Below, piece by piece: positions 8,827-19,167 of a stretch of DNA of 47,355 bases. Every line of letters starts with the position of its first letter. Position 1 is the first letter of the stretch. Origin of the DNA: Planctomycetota bacterium (GTDB lineage Bacteria; Planctomycetota; Planctomycetia; Pirellulales; Pirellulaceae); contig JAYZBF010000167.1 of assembly GCA_036338835.1 (NCBI GenBank), positions 1 to 47,355 of the forward strand, given 5' to 3'. The position numbers and the translations under genes are program-made. The notes under the pieces are model-generated. The model was not told the DNA's origin. It saw nothing but the letters and a program-made list of their open reading frames with translations, and made no database searches.

Positions 8827-10881
8827 ATGAAATTCTTTACTCACCGCTCAACTTTCCACCTTGCTCTACTCATCGGTGCACTCGCCTGCTTAACCACCAC
8901 CGGCTGCGGCGACTCTACATCCGATACCAGTGGCAAGCCTGTTTCCAGTGGCACTACCGCAAACACTTCCACGGACAGTGTTGATGCTAGTAACACCACG
9001 TTGGATACTAATACCGACGAGCCAATCGAATTTGAATTTGCTGATCTCATTATTCCTTTTGACCCTCCGGCACTCGACGAAATTATTTCCGGAAACGAAT
9101 GGATCGACAAGCCCGTTTTAGATGCCGTTGAGCTAATGCGAGAGCGACAAGACGGCGAACAACAACTCGCAACACCGACTGAAGTGCTCGCTCTTAATAA
9201 CAACTCGGTTGCTAACAACAATAAAATTATTTCTGCGATGGGGCGGCTCGCACAAGAAGGTGAAGTTAATTTTTCGGCCGAATGGAACCGGCATACCGCT
9301 GGCGATATTAAGAGCACCAACCCACTCATGATCAGTTCGACAGCGGAGTTCGATGTCGCTGGACTGACTAATATGGGTCTGTTTGGCTTCGATTGGAATT
9401 TCGTCCCGTTTGCCTCTTCAGATGCTGTTGTCTCATGGCAAACATCTGGGGACGGACTCTACGACAAAGTTGTGATGCGAGACGATCTGCGTTGGTCCGA
9501 CGGAACTGCAATTACGGCACACGACGTCGCTTATTCATATCAGGTCATCATGACTTCCAGCGTACCGATTCCAGCAGTTCGTTCCGGCACAGATCAACTA
9601 AAATACGTCCATGCCTATGATGATCACACGGTTATTTTTTTCCACAACGAGTCGCTAGCTACAAATGTGTGGAATATCAATTTTCCAATAATTCCTAAAC
9701 ACGTCTACCAAAACACCGTACCTGAAGACCCCACGATGGCTAAAAGTGAAGCCCACGTGGCCCTCGACGAAAACCCCGTCACTGGCGGAGCTTATGAAAT
9801 AGAAAAACGCGTTCGCGGACAAGAAATCGTACTCAAACGTCGTGAATCCTATTACTTCGTTGACGGCAAAGATGTTCGCAGAAAACCCAATTTTGAGACG
9901 ATCCGTTTCCACATTGTCGAAAACTCCAGCACCGCCCTATTGGCGCTAAAAAAAGGAGACATTGAAGAAATGCAATTGTCACCGGAGCAATGGCAATCGC
10001 AAACCAGTGGAGAAGAATTCTACAAAAACAATACGAAGTCTTACGCTTTAGAGTGGGTCTATTACTATTTCGGCTGGAACAATCGATCGCCTTTCTTCCG
10101 TGATGCTCGAGTGCGTAAGGCGATGAGCTATGCATTTAATCACCAAGAACTGCTTGACCGTCATCGCTTCGGCCTCGATGAAGCAGCCCAAGGGATTTTC
10201 CATAAAACATCTCGTTGGGCACCAACCACACTGCCGACGCCGTACAAGCAAGATCTTGATAAGGCGGAAGATCTGTTGCTCGAAGCGGGCTGGGAAGATA
10301 GCGATGGTGATGGGGTATTAGATAACATTGTTGAACTTGATAACGAGTTCGATGGCAAGATTGATGGTAAACAGCGAAAGCGATTTGAATTTACTATTTT
10401 GACGAGTAATAAACAGGAGCGTATCGATATTTGCACACTGTTGCAGGAGAATTTAGATCAGATCGGGATTCGATGTAACGTCAAGCCTGTTGAATTTACG
10501 ACGTTGCAGCAGTTATCTCGGGAGCATAAGTTCGATGCCATTTTTGCCGGTTGGGGAACGGGCGCTGACCCAGACACTTCCGAAAATTTATGGACAACCA
10601 AGGCTATCGACGCGGGTCGTAACTATGGATGTTACTCCAGTAAAATCGTCGACCAGCTTTTTGAAGACGGCAAGCGAGAACTCGACCCTGAAAAAAGAGC
10701 AGCTATTTATCAAAAAATCCACCTGCAGTTGTGGGATGACCAGCCATACACGTGGCTCTATTTTCGTAATGCCTATTATGGATTTAACAAGTCGCTACGG
10801 GGATACAATTACAGTGCTCGCGGCCCCTATAATTATGGCCCAGGTGAGTCTACCATTTTTAAACCAGCCGGAATGCAGTAA
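8827..10881 (+). CDS. ABC transporter substrate-binding lipoprotein, family 5 (peptide/nickel, OppA/DppA-like)
   Basis: Lipoprotein leader (ALACLTTTGC), a Ser/Thr-rich linker and a family-5 SBP-like body. It is followed by OppB/OppC-like permeases and OppD/F-like ATPase domains. Confidence 0.85.
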   Translation: MKFFTHRSTFHLALLIGALACLTTTGCGDSTSDTSGKPVSSGTTANTSTDSVDASNTTLDTNTDEPIEFEFADLIIPFDPPALDEIISGNEWIDKPVLDAVELMRERQDGEQQLATPTEVLALNNNSVANNNKIISAMGRLAQEGEVNFSAEWNRHTAGDIKSTNPLMISSTAEFDVAGLTNMGLFGFDWNFVPFASSDAVVSWQTSGDGLYDKVVMRDDLRWSDGTAITAHDVAYSYQVIMTSSVPIPAVRSGTDQLKYVHAYDDHTVIFFHNESLATNVWNINFPIIPKHVYQNTVPEDPTMAKSEAHVALDENPVTGGAYEIEKRVRGQEIVLKRRESYYFVDGKDVRRKPNFETIRFHIVENSSTALLALKKGDIEEMQLSPEQWQSQTSGEEFYKNNTKSYALEWVYYYFGWNNRSPFFRDARVRKAMSYAFNHQELLDRHRFGLDEAAQGIFHKTSRWAPTTLPTPYKQDLDKAEDLLLEAGWEDSDGDGVLDNIVELDNEFDGKIDGKQRKRFEFTILTSNKQERIDICTLLQENLDQIGIRCNVKPVEFTTLQQLSREHKFDAIFAGWGTGADPDTSENLWTTKAIDAGRNYGCYSSKIVDQLFEDGKRELDPEKRAAIYQKIHLQLWDDQPYTWLYFRNAYYGFNKSLRGYNYSARGPYNYGPGESTIFKPAGMQ

Positions 10882-10960
10882 CTTCCCTCTCAACAGTTCC
10901 ACTTGTGCCTAATTTCACGTATCATTTGCACAAACTAATCCAAGTTCAACAAGGCAATTC

Positions 10961-11953
10961 ATGGCTGGCTATTTAATCCGCCGCATCCTATTAGGATTGC
11001 TCACGCTGTTGCTAATCACGATGGTCGTCTTTGCATTGGTTCGCTTCATGCCTGGCAGCCCGCTGGATACCGATCCAGCCATGATGAATCCGGATAAGAT
11101 GCCCAGCGCCGAAGATTTAGAGCGCATCAAAAAGGCATATGGGCTCGATAAGGCTGTCCACGAAGCTTATTGGGATTGGCTCAAAGGTCTTGCCACCGGG
11201 GACTTGGGCATTAGTTTTAATGAGAAAAAACCTGTCGCTGACGTCATTGGAAGTCGTGTGTGGGCAACATTGCTACTTACCGTGCCATCTTTGGTAATCG
11301 CATACCTCCTTGCCATACCTATTGGCCTATGGTCCACCGTTCGCAGTGGCAAGCTCGATGAACGCATTGCTGGCGTTAGTTTATATATGCTATACGCTAT
11401 TCCATCATTTATTGCAGCACTGTTTTTACAGTTGCTATTTGCCGTCAAACTCAGTGACACGGCATGGGAATTACCACTGATGGGAATGCACCATTCCGAT
11501 TATGCCGAAATGGGGCTAATAGATCAAACTTGGGATTTATTGCAGCACATGTTGCTGCCGGTGATCTGTTTTACATATGTCAGTCTAGCTTATTACAGTC
11601 GTTTCATAAAAGCCAATATGGAAGAAGTGATCCGCCAAGATTATATTCGCACAGCTCGTGCCAAGGGCTTGGGGCAAATGCGTATCATTCTGCATCACGC
11701 CTTTAGAAACACGCTGATCCCATTCGTGACTCTGCTCGGATTGTCACTTCCGTCGTTACTCGGAGGCGCGATTATTCTGGAACAAGTATTCAACTGGCCC
11801 GGTATGGGTCAACTTTATTTCCGCAGTATTGGAACGCGGGACTATCCCGTCATCATGGGACTCACACTCTCCCTTTCTGTACTTACACTGTTAGGACAAC
11901 TCTTTGCCGACATTCTATATGCGTTTGTCGATCCACGGATTACATATAAGTAA
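10961..11953 (+). CDS. ABC transporter permease, OppB/DppB-like
   Basis: Typical N-terminus (YLIRRILLGLLTLLLITMVVF) and an EAA-loop region (DYIRTARAKGL). Operon context supports the call. Confidence 0.9.
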   Translation: MAGYLIRRILLGLLTLLLITMVVFALVRFMPGSPLDTDPAMMNPDKMPSAEDLERIKKAYGLDKAVHEAYWDWLKGLATGDLGISFNEKKPVADVIGSRVWATLLLTVPSLVIAYLLAIPIGLWSTVRSGKLDERIAGVSLYMLYAIPSFIAALFLQLLFAVKLSDTAWELPLMGMHHSDYAEMGLIDQTWDLLQHMLLPVICFTYVSLAYYSRFIKANMEEVIRQDYIRTARAKGLGQMRIILHHAFRNTLIPFVTLLGLSLPSLLGGAIILEQVFNWPGMGQLYFRSIGTRDYPVIMGLTLSLSVLTLLGQLFADILYAFVDPRITYK

Positions 11954-11973
11954 CAAACAAACTGGTTTCCTTT

Positions 11974-13101
11974 ATGACAGACAACAATCAACAACCTTCC
12001 AGTGCCGCTAAGGAAAAGCGGTCACCCGGATTTTGGGTTCTAGCTTGGCGGCGTTTCCGACGCCGCAAGCTTTCCATGCTAGCGCTTGCGGTAGTTATGT
12101 GTCTATCGGCAATCGCGGTGTTCTCACCAATGATTGCGGGAACTAAGCCGATTGTCTGCAAGTACAAAGGAAACATCTATTTTCCCTGTCTTGCCTACTT
12201 CAATGCCGATTGGGAAAACCCAGTCTTTCACAAGGATCGGTTTCGGAAACGGTATCCAGAAAATCTGCGTGAAAAAGATCCCGAAAGCTGGGCAATCTGG
12301 CCATTAGTTTTCCAAGATCCTTATCGCCCTGTGCGAGACGGCGAGTGGCAAGACCAGGATGCTGCCGGGCAATGGGTGGATCGTCCGGGAAACCCATATC
12401 ATGGTGGTCTTCCCTCAGAGCTAAACCTCTTTGGTACCTATAAACGAGGGGTCGATGTATTTGCCAGTATGGTGCATGGCACCCGAATTGCGCTGCTCGT
12501 CGGATTCGTGTCCACGGGAATCGCGGCCTTCATCGGAATCACGCTCGGTGCTATTGCTGGTTACATGGGCGGGGCCATAGACATGGTAATCAGTCGTATC
12601 ATTGAACTAGTTATGTGTATCCCGGGCATTGTACTAATCCTGGCACTCATCGCCTTCATCGATAAAGCCAATATTTGGATTATGATGGCAATCTTAGGCT
12701 TAACCAGTTGGACTGGGATGGCTCGGCTCACGCGAGCGGAGTTTTTGAAGTTGAAGCAATCCGAGTTTGTCGCCGCAGCTCAGAGTATCGGTGCCGGCCC
12801 ATTGCGAATCATGTTTCGGCATATATTGCCTAATGCACTAGCACCAGTAATGGTACCTATCGTATTTGGTATCGCAGCTGCTATTAAAGTCGAAGCGGGC
12901 CTCAGCTTGCTCGGTTTCGGCGCGCCGCCTCCGAATCCCAGTTGGGGAACCGTCCTCAATGCTGGCACCTCAAACTACACCGAATGGTGGCAAATCATTT
13001 TTCCTGGCATCGCCATCTTCATTACCATTTTAGCCTACAACCTCATCGGCGAAGGGGTCCAGGAAGCCACGGACCCGCGGCTAGCTGACCCTAAAGATTA
13101 A
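11974..13101 (+). CDS. ABC transporter permease, OppC/DppC-like
   Basis: OppC-type N-terminal TM helix and loop, with an EAA-like region (EFVAAAQSIGAGPLRIMFRHILPN). Operon context supports the call. Confidence 0.9.
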   Translation: MTDNNQQPSSAAKEKRSPGFWVLAWRRFRRRKLSMLALAVVMCLSAIAVFSPMIAGTKPIVCKYKGNIYFPCLAYFNADWENPVFHKDRFRKRYPENLREKDPESWAIWPLVFQDPYRPVRDGEWQDQDAAGQWVDRPGNPYHGGLPSELNLFGTYKRGVDVFASMVHGTRIALLVGFVSTGIAAFIGITLGAIAGYMGGAIDMVISRIIELVMCIPGIVLILALIAFIDKANIWIMMAILGLTSWTGMARLTRAEFLKLKQSEFVAAAQSIGAGPLRIMFRHILPNALAPVMVPIVFGIAAAIKVEAGLSLLGFGAPPPNPSWGTVLNAGTSNYTEWWQIIFPGIAIFITILAYNLIGEGVQEATDPRLADPKD

Positions 13102-13129
13102 CTCGGAATTCCACCTAAGATCAAATAGT

Positions 13130-14986
13130 ATGACCGGCATCATTGAAATTCAAAACCTGCGAACCTATTTCAATACCGACGACGGTGTTGTCAAGGCCGT
13201 GGATGATTTGTCTTTGACGATCATGCCCGGACATACACTGGGGGTAGTTGGTGAATCAGGTTCTGGGAAATCCGTAACATCACTAACCATCATGAAGTTG
13301 CTCGCAGCGACTGCGGAAATCAATACCGGCAGCGTAATGTTTTTAGGTCAAGACATTGTGCACATGAGTGAAAAGCAGATGCGCAAGCTGCGGGGCAGCG
13401 AAATCAGCATGATTTTCCAAGAACCCATGTCTTCACTTAATCCTGTACACAAGGTTGGTCATCAAGTGATGGAAGCCATTTTAGAACATCAAGATGTTAC
13501 TAAACAGGAAGCCCAAGAGCGGACCATCGAGTTGTTTGACGAAGTCGGAATTCCTGATCCGGCGGAGCGACTTCATTATTATCCTCACCAAATGTCGGGT
13601 GGACAGAAACAACGTGTTATGATCGCCATGGCTTTGTCTTGCAATCCAAAACTACTTATTGCGGACGAGCCAACCACCGCCTTAGATGTAACGGTTCAGA
13701 AACAGATTTTAGATCTCATCCGCGAATTGCGCGATGAGCGACAAATGGCCGTGTTATTCATCACCCATGACCTAGGCGTCATCGCCGAAATCGCGGACGA
13801 CGTGATGGTCATGTATCGTGGCACGGTCGTCGAACAAGGCGATGTTCTCGACATCTATGAAAACCCGCAGCATCCCTACACCCAAGGTTTGCTAAACTGT
13901 CGTCCTCGACTTGATACTATTTATAAAAGGTTACCAACCGTATCCGACTTTATGGACACCACCATCGCGGATGATGGCAAAATGACCATCACCGCCAAAG
14001 AAATGACTCCCGAACGAAAACAGTTCTTCATTGAAACAGGCCGGGGGAGATTGCTTCACAAGCATTCGGAATTGCAATCATTGGTATCTGGAGATGATTC
14101 GTCGTGGTTTGCCAAAGACGCTACCTACGTCAGTGAAACTGAAACTCCTTTGTTAAGTGTCCGCGATCTTAAAGTTCACTTCCCAGTGCGGCAAGGATTG
14201 CTGCAACGAGTTGTTGACCATGTTAAAGCAGTCGACGGTATCAGCTTTGATATCTACCGCGGGCAAACCCTAGGCTTAGTCGGTGAATCTGGTTGTGGTA
14301 AGACGACCGCTGGTCGCGCAATTCTACAACTACAAAAGTCCTCTGGTAAAGTCGTGTTTAATGGTTCCGTTGTTTCATCCTTTAGTCGCCGTGCAATGCG
14401 ACCCGTGCGGCAAGAAATGCAAATTATCTTCCAAGACCCCTTTGGGTCGATGAATCCTCGTATGACGATTCAAGCGGCGATTATCGAACCGATGAAAATA
14501 CAGGGTCTGGGAAGTTCACGTAAGGACCGTATCGATAAAGCTGCAGCTCTACTCGAGGAAGTCGGAATGTTGCCGGAACACCTGAGACGATATCCGCACG
14601 AATTTTCCGGTGGACAGCGACAGCGAATCTGTATTGCCCGCTCACTTGCTGTTGAGCCGCAGTTCATCATCTGTGATGAATCCGTGTCGGCACTGGATGT
14701 ATCCGTACAAGCTCAAGTGCTCAATCTATTAAACGACCTGCAAGAACGCCGTGACCTAACCTATATTTTTATCAGCCATGATTTATCGGTTGTGAAGTTT
14801 ATGGCCGATATGATGGCCGTTATGAAGGATGGGAAAATCGTTGAATTCGGGCCATCCGAGGCAATTTACCGCAACCCACAAGAAGAATATACCCGCACAT
14901 TGATTGAAGCAACGCCATGTGATGATATAGAAAACATCCGCAGGCTAGTAGAACAACGAAATGAACGCCGTAGCGGTACGATATAA
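13130..14986 (+). CDS. Fused double ABC ATPase (OppD-like plus OppF-like cassettes in one polypeptide)
   Basis: Two full cassettes are present: GESGSGKS / MSGGQKQRV / [11 protein letters not shown] and GESGCGKT / FSGGQRQRI / [11 protein letters not shown]. Confidence 0.9.
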   Translation: MTGIIEIQNLRTYFNTDDGVVKAVDDLSLTIMPGHTLGVVGESGSGKSVTSLTIMKLLAATAEINTGSVMFLGQDIVHMSEKQMRKLRGSEISMIFQEPMSSLNPVHKVGHQVMEAILEHQDVTKQEAQERTIELFDEVGIPDPAERLHYYPHQMSGGQKQRVMIAMALSCNPKLLIADEPTTALDVTVQKQILDLIRELRDERQMAVLFITHDLGVIAEIADDVMVMYRGTVVEQGDVLDIYENPQHPYTQGLLNCRPRLDTIYKRLPTVSDFMDTTIADDGKMTITAKEMTPERKQFFIETGRGRLLHKHSELQSLVSGDDSSWFAKDATYVSETETPLLSVRDLKVHFPVRQGLLQRVVDHVKAVDGISFDIYRGQTLGLVGESGCGKTTAGRAILQLQKSSGKVVFNGSVVSSFSRRAMRPVRQEMQIIFQDPFGSMNPRMTIQAAIIEPMKIQGLGSSRKDRIDKAAALLEEVGMLPEHLRRYPHEFSGGQRQRICIARSLAVEPQFIICDESVSALDVSVQAQVLNLLNDLQERRDLTYIFISHDLSVVKFMADMMAVMKDGKIVEFGPSEAIYRNPQEEYTRTLIEATPCDDIENIRRLVEQRNERRSGTI

Positions 14987-15008
14987 TTCCGCCGCTCCGA
15001 TTTATATC

Positions 15009-15809
15009 TTAATTTAATAAGTATAATTCACCGCTATCAACACGCCGCCATTGGAACATCAGACGCTCGGCCATTGATATTGCTTGGTTGGCTGGGTGTG
15101 TACAATAGTCGACCCAAGACTCGGGAATATCGACGCGGAATTTATCAACACACGACAAAATTGACGTCGAGCAAACGCCATTGAATTCTCGTAAAGTATC
15201 GTTACCCTCAAAACAAGGTTCGACGTGCCGGCCAAATATTTGCTTGAGCGCTAGGTTAGTGAATTTGCGAGCAGCCAAGCCTTGACCGCTTGCAAGTTGC
15301 CAGCGGACATCGCTGCCATGTTCTTCGATCCGCTCGCGACTGTATCCATACAAACCAGTGCCTGGAATGTCCGTCATATATCCTAAAAGTAAATCTGTCC
15401 AACGTTCACAACGCCGAGCCAACTCACGAATTTTGTAGCGGTGTGTGGATTGCGATATCAAATCGCTCAATTTTTGTTTCAAGGCTGCATGATCAGCTTG
15501 GATGCTCTTAAAAACACAGAACGTTGCGTCGTTCGCGGGCTCAAACGTTTCATTGGTTTGATACCAACCATCTACCGTTGCCGTCCACACTCTCGTTAAT
15601 ATTTCCGACAACATGACGCTGTGTAATAAATCAAATTGCTGAGAATGACTTGCTGATTCTGCTTGGGCCAGCCACCAGCTAAACCGTCGTTTATGGGCTA
15701 TATGGAATTGGCCTGCTTGGACCATTGTGAAATGATGCAAACTTGGGAGAATTTCTTGACTCGACAACGCTAGCCAACCAGCTAGGCGAACTTGTTGATA
15801 GGTATACAC
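15009..15809 (-). CDS. Hypothetical protein, no recognisable domain
   Basis: An 801-nt ORF with a GTG start and no competing ORF of similar length. I recognise no motif. An alternative ATG start lies at residue 29. Confidence 0.5.
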   Translation of the reverse strand: MYTYQQVRLAGWLALSSQEILPSLHHFTMVQAGQFHIAHKRRFSWWLAQAESASHSQQFDLLHSVMLSEILTRVWTATVDGWYQTNETFEPANDATFCVFKSIQADHAALKQKLSDLISQSTHRYKIRELARRCERWTDLLLGYMTDIPGTGLYGYSRERIEEHGSDVRWQLASGQGLAARKFTNLALKQIFGRHVEPCFEGNDTLREFNGVCSTSILSCVDKFRVDIPESWVDYCTHPANQAISMAERLMFQWRRVDSGELYLLN

Positions 15810-15919
15810 AGTGGGCTCGTTGATAATAAATTTGGATAATAATTAAGGGACAATAAATGTCACACGCAATTATTCGCCGTAAACATCAACAATGGGGAGA
15901 AAATCCGGAAATCTTTGCA

Positions 15920-16504
15920 TCATTCCCAGTCGTGGTCCGCAAGCACTAGGCCGTCTGGATGCTCTGTTTTCCACTTATTCCAACTAACCAATTCAAACGC
16001 GCAATCTTGCAGCGGAATCGATTTGTCTTCCTGAAAAAAGGTTTCACCGTTTACTAGAATTACGAATTTACCTTTATCAAGACCCTCTTGGGTGACATCC
16101 AAGCGATCCTCGCCAACATCACCAGTGAAAACTCGCACACATTCTGATTCGTTACAATACGTCACCGCGATGGGGACATCCCCTAATATTTCGCTGGCGA
16201 CGTGTAAGCCGACATCAGATAGGCGTCGTTTGGGGTATGCATAATGTACTCCGTTGATTTCCAACGCAATAACGATATCCTCATCGTCCAATTCACTATC
16301 ACTCGCTGCTTCGAACGTCCGGTCAACCGTAGCCATACTTCCTGGCGTACTCAATTCAATTCCAGCTGTGGGATCGGGCGGGAGATTGGCATATCGACTT
16401 CGACTAAGATTCAGATCCTGATAGGTCAAATATCCCCAAGCAAATGCTGTTGCCAACACCAACAAACAAAGCGCCTGCAAACTGTACTTTTTGACATGCG
16501 CCAT
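15920..16504 (-). CDS. DUF3179-like membrane-anchored protein
   Basis: I prefer the internal ATG (MAHVKKYSLQALCLLVLATAFAWG signal/anchor). The block DIVIALEINGVHYAYP...ILGDVPIAVTYC resembles the conserved DUF3179 core. The longer ORF to 16723 would overlap the divergent WD40 gene. Confidence 0.45.
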   Translation of the reverse strand: MAHVKKYSLQALCLLVLATAFAWGYLTYQDLNLSRSRYANLPPDPTAGIELSTPGSMATVDRTFEAASDSELDDEDIVIALEINGVHYAYPKRRLSDVGLHVASEILGDVPIAVTYCNESECVRVFTGDVGEDRLDVTQEGLDKGKFVILVNGETFFQEDKSIPLQDCAFELVSWNKWKTEHPDGLVLADHDWE

Positions 16505-16714
16505 AGTGGGAAAATCTCTCGGAAAAACAATCACATCTACTTTCGTGTATATGAAGTGTGCGGTTATTGTATCGGGGTAATTATTACCAACAACCCCCCA
16601 AAGGATATGCGTTTTCAATCTCAGCCACAGATTAATACAACAACTAACAATAACTACTAATGAGACTAGGAAAAAATCTATACAATGCGGGACGATGTTA
16701 AGTAGAATAAAATA

Positions 16715-17602
16715 ATGCAGCAATATTCATACAAAACCCTTGCCGGCGGACCTCCCAATGCGGTCTACGGAGTCGATATTTCACCGGATGGAACTCTGGT
16801 GGCAGCCGGCAGTCTCAACCGTGCGGTCTATGTGTGGAATACGGACACTTGGGCGGTGAAGGTGTTTCGAGCTATCCATGCGGATGGCATCTCCTGTGTA
16901 AAGTTCTCTCGCGACGGCAACAACATACTAACGACGAGTTTGGACAAGACCGTTAAAATTTTAAACTCCAGCAGCGGCTCCGTGGAATCAACGTTATCCG
17001 GACACAGCTTAGCGGTATTATGTGGCGTCTATGCAGGCCCTATGGGTGAACGTATTGTCACAGCGGGTTTTGACAACACCGTCCGCATTTGGACGGCATC
17101 CGGTCAGGTCCGACAAATGGGTGGTCTCACCCCTTACACCTACGGCGTGGATGTTAGCTCCGATGGGAACTGGATCACTGCTGGCAGCTTATCAAGCCAA
17201 GTCATCACTTGGAACCAAGATGGTACGCAAAGCCATGCGGAAACGGAACATGAAGAAGGAGTCTATAGCGTGGCCTACTCAAAATCCGATAACAACCAAT
17301 TTGCAACGGGTGGCGGCAAAGGCATGATTGCCGTTTGGGATCGTGAAAAAGGAGAAGTAACTGGTCGCTTGCGTGGACATCGAGGTAATATTCGGAGTTT
17401 AGCATATTCACATAACGGTCAACGACTTGCCAGTGGCGGTGCGGACGGAGTCATCAATCTGTGGGATCTCGAATCATATCGCAAAATCACAGCACTCAAA
17501 GGTCATCGCAATACCGTCTATTCACTTGCATTTTCCCATAACGGTAATCTGCTAGTGTCTGGCTCATTTGACCGCCGCGTAAATGTCTGGACATTAAAGT
17601 AA
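16715..17602 (+). CDS. WD40-repeat beta-propeller protein with no other domain
   Basis: Repeated units of about 40 aa with the GH...WD/W pattern (e.g. LSGHSLAVLC...VRIW, LRGHRGNIRSLAYS...INLWD, LKGHRNTVYSLAFS...VNVW). Confidence 0.85.
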   Translation: MQQYSYKTLAGGPPNAVYGVDISPDGTLVAAGSLNRAVYVWNTDTWAVKVFRAIHADGISCVKFSRDGNNILTTSLDKTVKILNSSSGSVESTLSGHSLAVLCGVYAGPMGERIVTAGFDNTVRIWTASGQVRQMGGLTPYTYGVDVSSDGNWITAGSLSSQVITWNQDGTQSHAETEHEEGVYSVAYSKSDNNQFATGGGKGMIAVWDREKGEVTGRLRGHRGNIRSLAYSHNGQRLASGGADGVINLWDLESYRKITALKGHRNTVYSLAFSHNGNLLVSGSFDRRVNVWTLK

Positions 17603-17699
17603 CCTAGTAACAACCACCGATAAACCAGTAATCTCTTTTCGTATTCATACACCTCCATTAATATCCCGCTGTTCTAGCCTATAAGATACAATTACAAAA

Positions 17700-19151
17700 A
17701 TGCCCCACTCAATACCACAACACGCACTCGTTAATCGCCGGCATGCTCTGCAGGCCGGAGCCGTCGGATTACTGGGGTTGGGCATGAACCATATATCCGC
17801 TTTACGGGCAGCACCAATTCAAAGTCTATCGGGCCTAACGGGAAACAAGGCTAAAAAGATCATCTATATTTTTCTCTCCGGTGGTCTGGCTCAACAAGAC
17901 AGCTTCGATTTAAAGCCCGACGCCCCCGACGATATACGCGGTGACTTCAAACCCATTTCGACCGCAACGCCGGGTTTACAAATTTGTGAGCACCTGCCGT
18001 TGTTGGCCCAGCGCAGTGAAAAATGGGCTGTACTCCGGTCCTTGACTCATACCTCCAACGAACATTCGGCCGGACATCATATTATGCTAACGGGGCACAG
18101 CAAATTACCTGTCGGCTTCAACGCATCCGCACCTCGACCAACTGATAATCCAGCAATTGCTGCCATTGCCAACGCGTTAACAACCGGCCGTAACAACTTA
18201 CCACCTGTCGCCGTATTGCCTGAGCGACTGATACATAACTCTGGACGAGTCATTCCAGGGCAGTTTGCTGGCATGATGGGCGAAGACGCCAATCCTTGGT
18301 TTGTCGAAGGAGCATCATTCCATAAAACGTCGTATGGTGCATTTCCTAAATATGCTTTCGACCACCAAGATCGTGGCACGAATCTAGTACGAACTTTTCA
18401 AGCTCCAAACCTCGAGTTACCACACGGACTCGCTGAAGGTCGGTTTATCGATAGACTCAGGCTTGTCCAATCTGTCACCGACCAAAAACGCCGGCTTGAC
18501 AAATCTTCTCAAACGGAACTCTTTGATCAATACCGCCAACAAGCGATTTCTCTGCTGACAGACAAGACCGTCCAACATGCACTGGACGTCACCAATGCGG
18601 ACGAAAAGATTCAGGAGAGCTATGGAAAGAATTGTTTTGGCTGGTCGCTGCTGATGGCTCGACGATTGGTTGCCGCAGGCGTCAACATGGTTCAAGTCAA
18701 CTTAGGCAATGACGAAGCATGGGACACTCACGGAAATGCCTTCCCTCACCTAAAAGACAAATTGTTCCCGCCTACAGACCAAGCCGTTAGTGCGCTACTG
18801 GACGACCTCGATGCTGCTGGGGAACTAGACGAGACACTGATCGTCATGGCTGGTGAATTTGGTCGTACTCCAAAAATCACATTACTACCAAGTCACTATA
18901 AGCTACCAGGGCGTGATCATCATGGGGCGCTGCAAAGCGTTTGGTTTGCCGGTGGTGGCGTACGCGGCGGTCAAGCGATTGGCAAATCCGACAAACATGG
19001 CGGCTTTCCCACGGACCTACCCAAAACACCCGAGCATCTTGCGGCCACTATTTACGATGCCCTTGGTTTACCCGCCACAGCCGCTTGGGTTGACGGCGAA
19101 GATCGCCCGCATTTGATTTACCACGGGGAGCCAATCGGCGAATTATTCTAA
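17700..19151 (+). CDS. DUF1501 domain protein (sulfatase-like fold) with a twin-arginine leader
   Basis: Leader VNRRHALQAGAVGLLGLG and DUF1501-type blocks IYIFLSGGLAQQDSFDLKPDAP and GEFGRTP. Confidence 0.85.
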   Translation: MPHSIPQHALVNRRHALQAGAVGLLGLGMNHISALRAAPIQSLSGLTGNKAKKIIYIFLSGGLAQQDSFDLKPDAPDDIRGDFKPISTATPGLQICEHLPLLAQRSEKWAVLRSLTHTSNEHSAGHHIMLTGHSKLPVGFNASAPRPTDNPAIAAIANALTTGRNNLPPVAVLPERLIHNSGRVIPGQFAGMMGEDANPWFVEGASFHKTSYGAFPKYAFDHQDRGTNLVRTFQAPNLELPHGLAEGRFIDRLRLVQSVTDQKRRLDKSSQTELFDQYRQQAISLLTDKTVQHALDVTNADEKIQESYGKNCFGWSLLMARRLVAAGVNMVQVNLGNDEAWDTHGNAFPHLKDKLFPPTDQAVSALLDDLDAAGELDETLIVMAGEFGRTPKITLLPSHYKLPGRDHHGALQSVWFAGGGVRGGQAIGKSDKHGGFPTDLPKTPEHLAATIYDALGLPATAAWVDGEDRPHLIYHGEPIGELF

Positions 19152-19167
19152 GTCACACGCACCGTCG

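Noticed and set aside
16505-16723. N-terminal extension of the 15920-16723 ORF (267-aa version).
   Set aside because: The extension would overlap the divergent WD40 gene start and is very AT-rich and hydrophobic, with no support. The internal ATG gives a sensible signal-anchor N-terminus.
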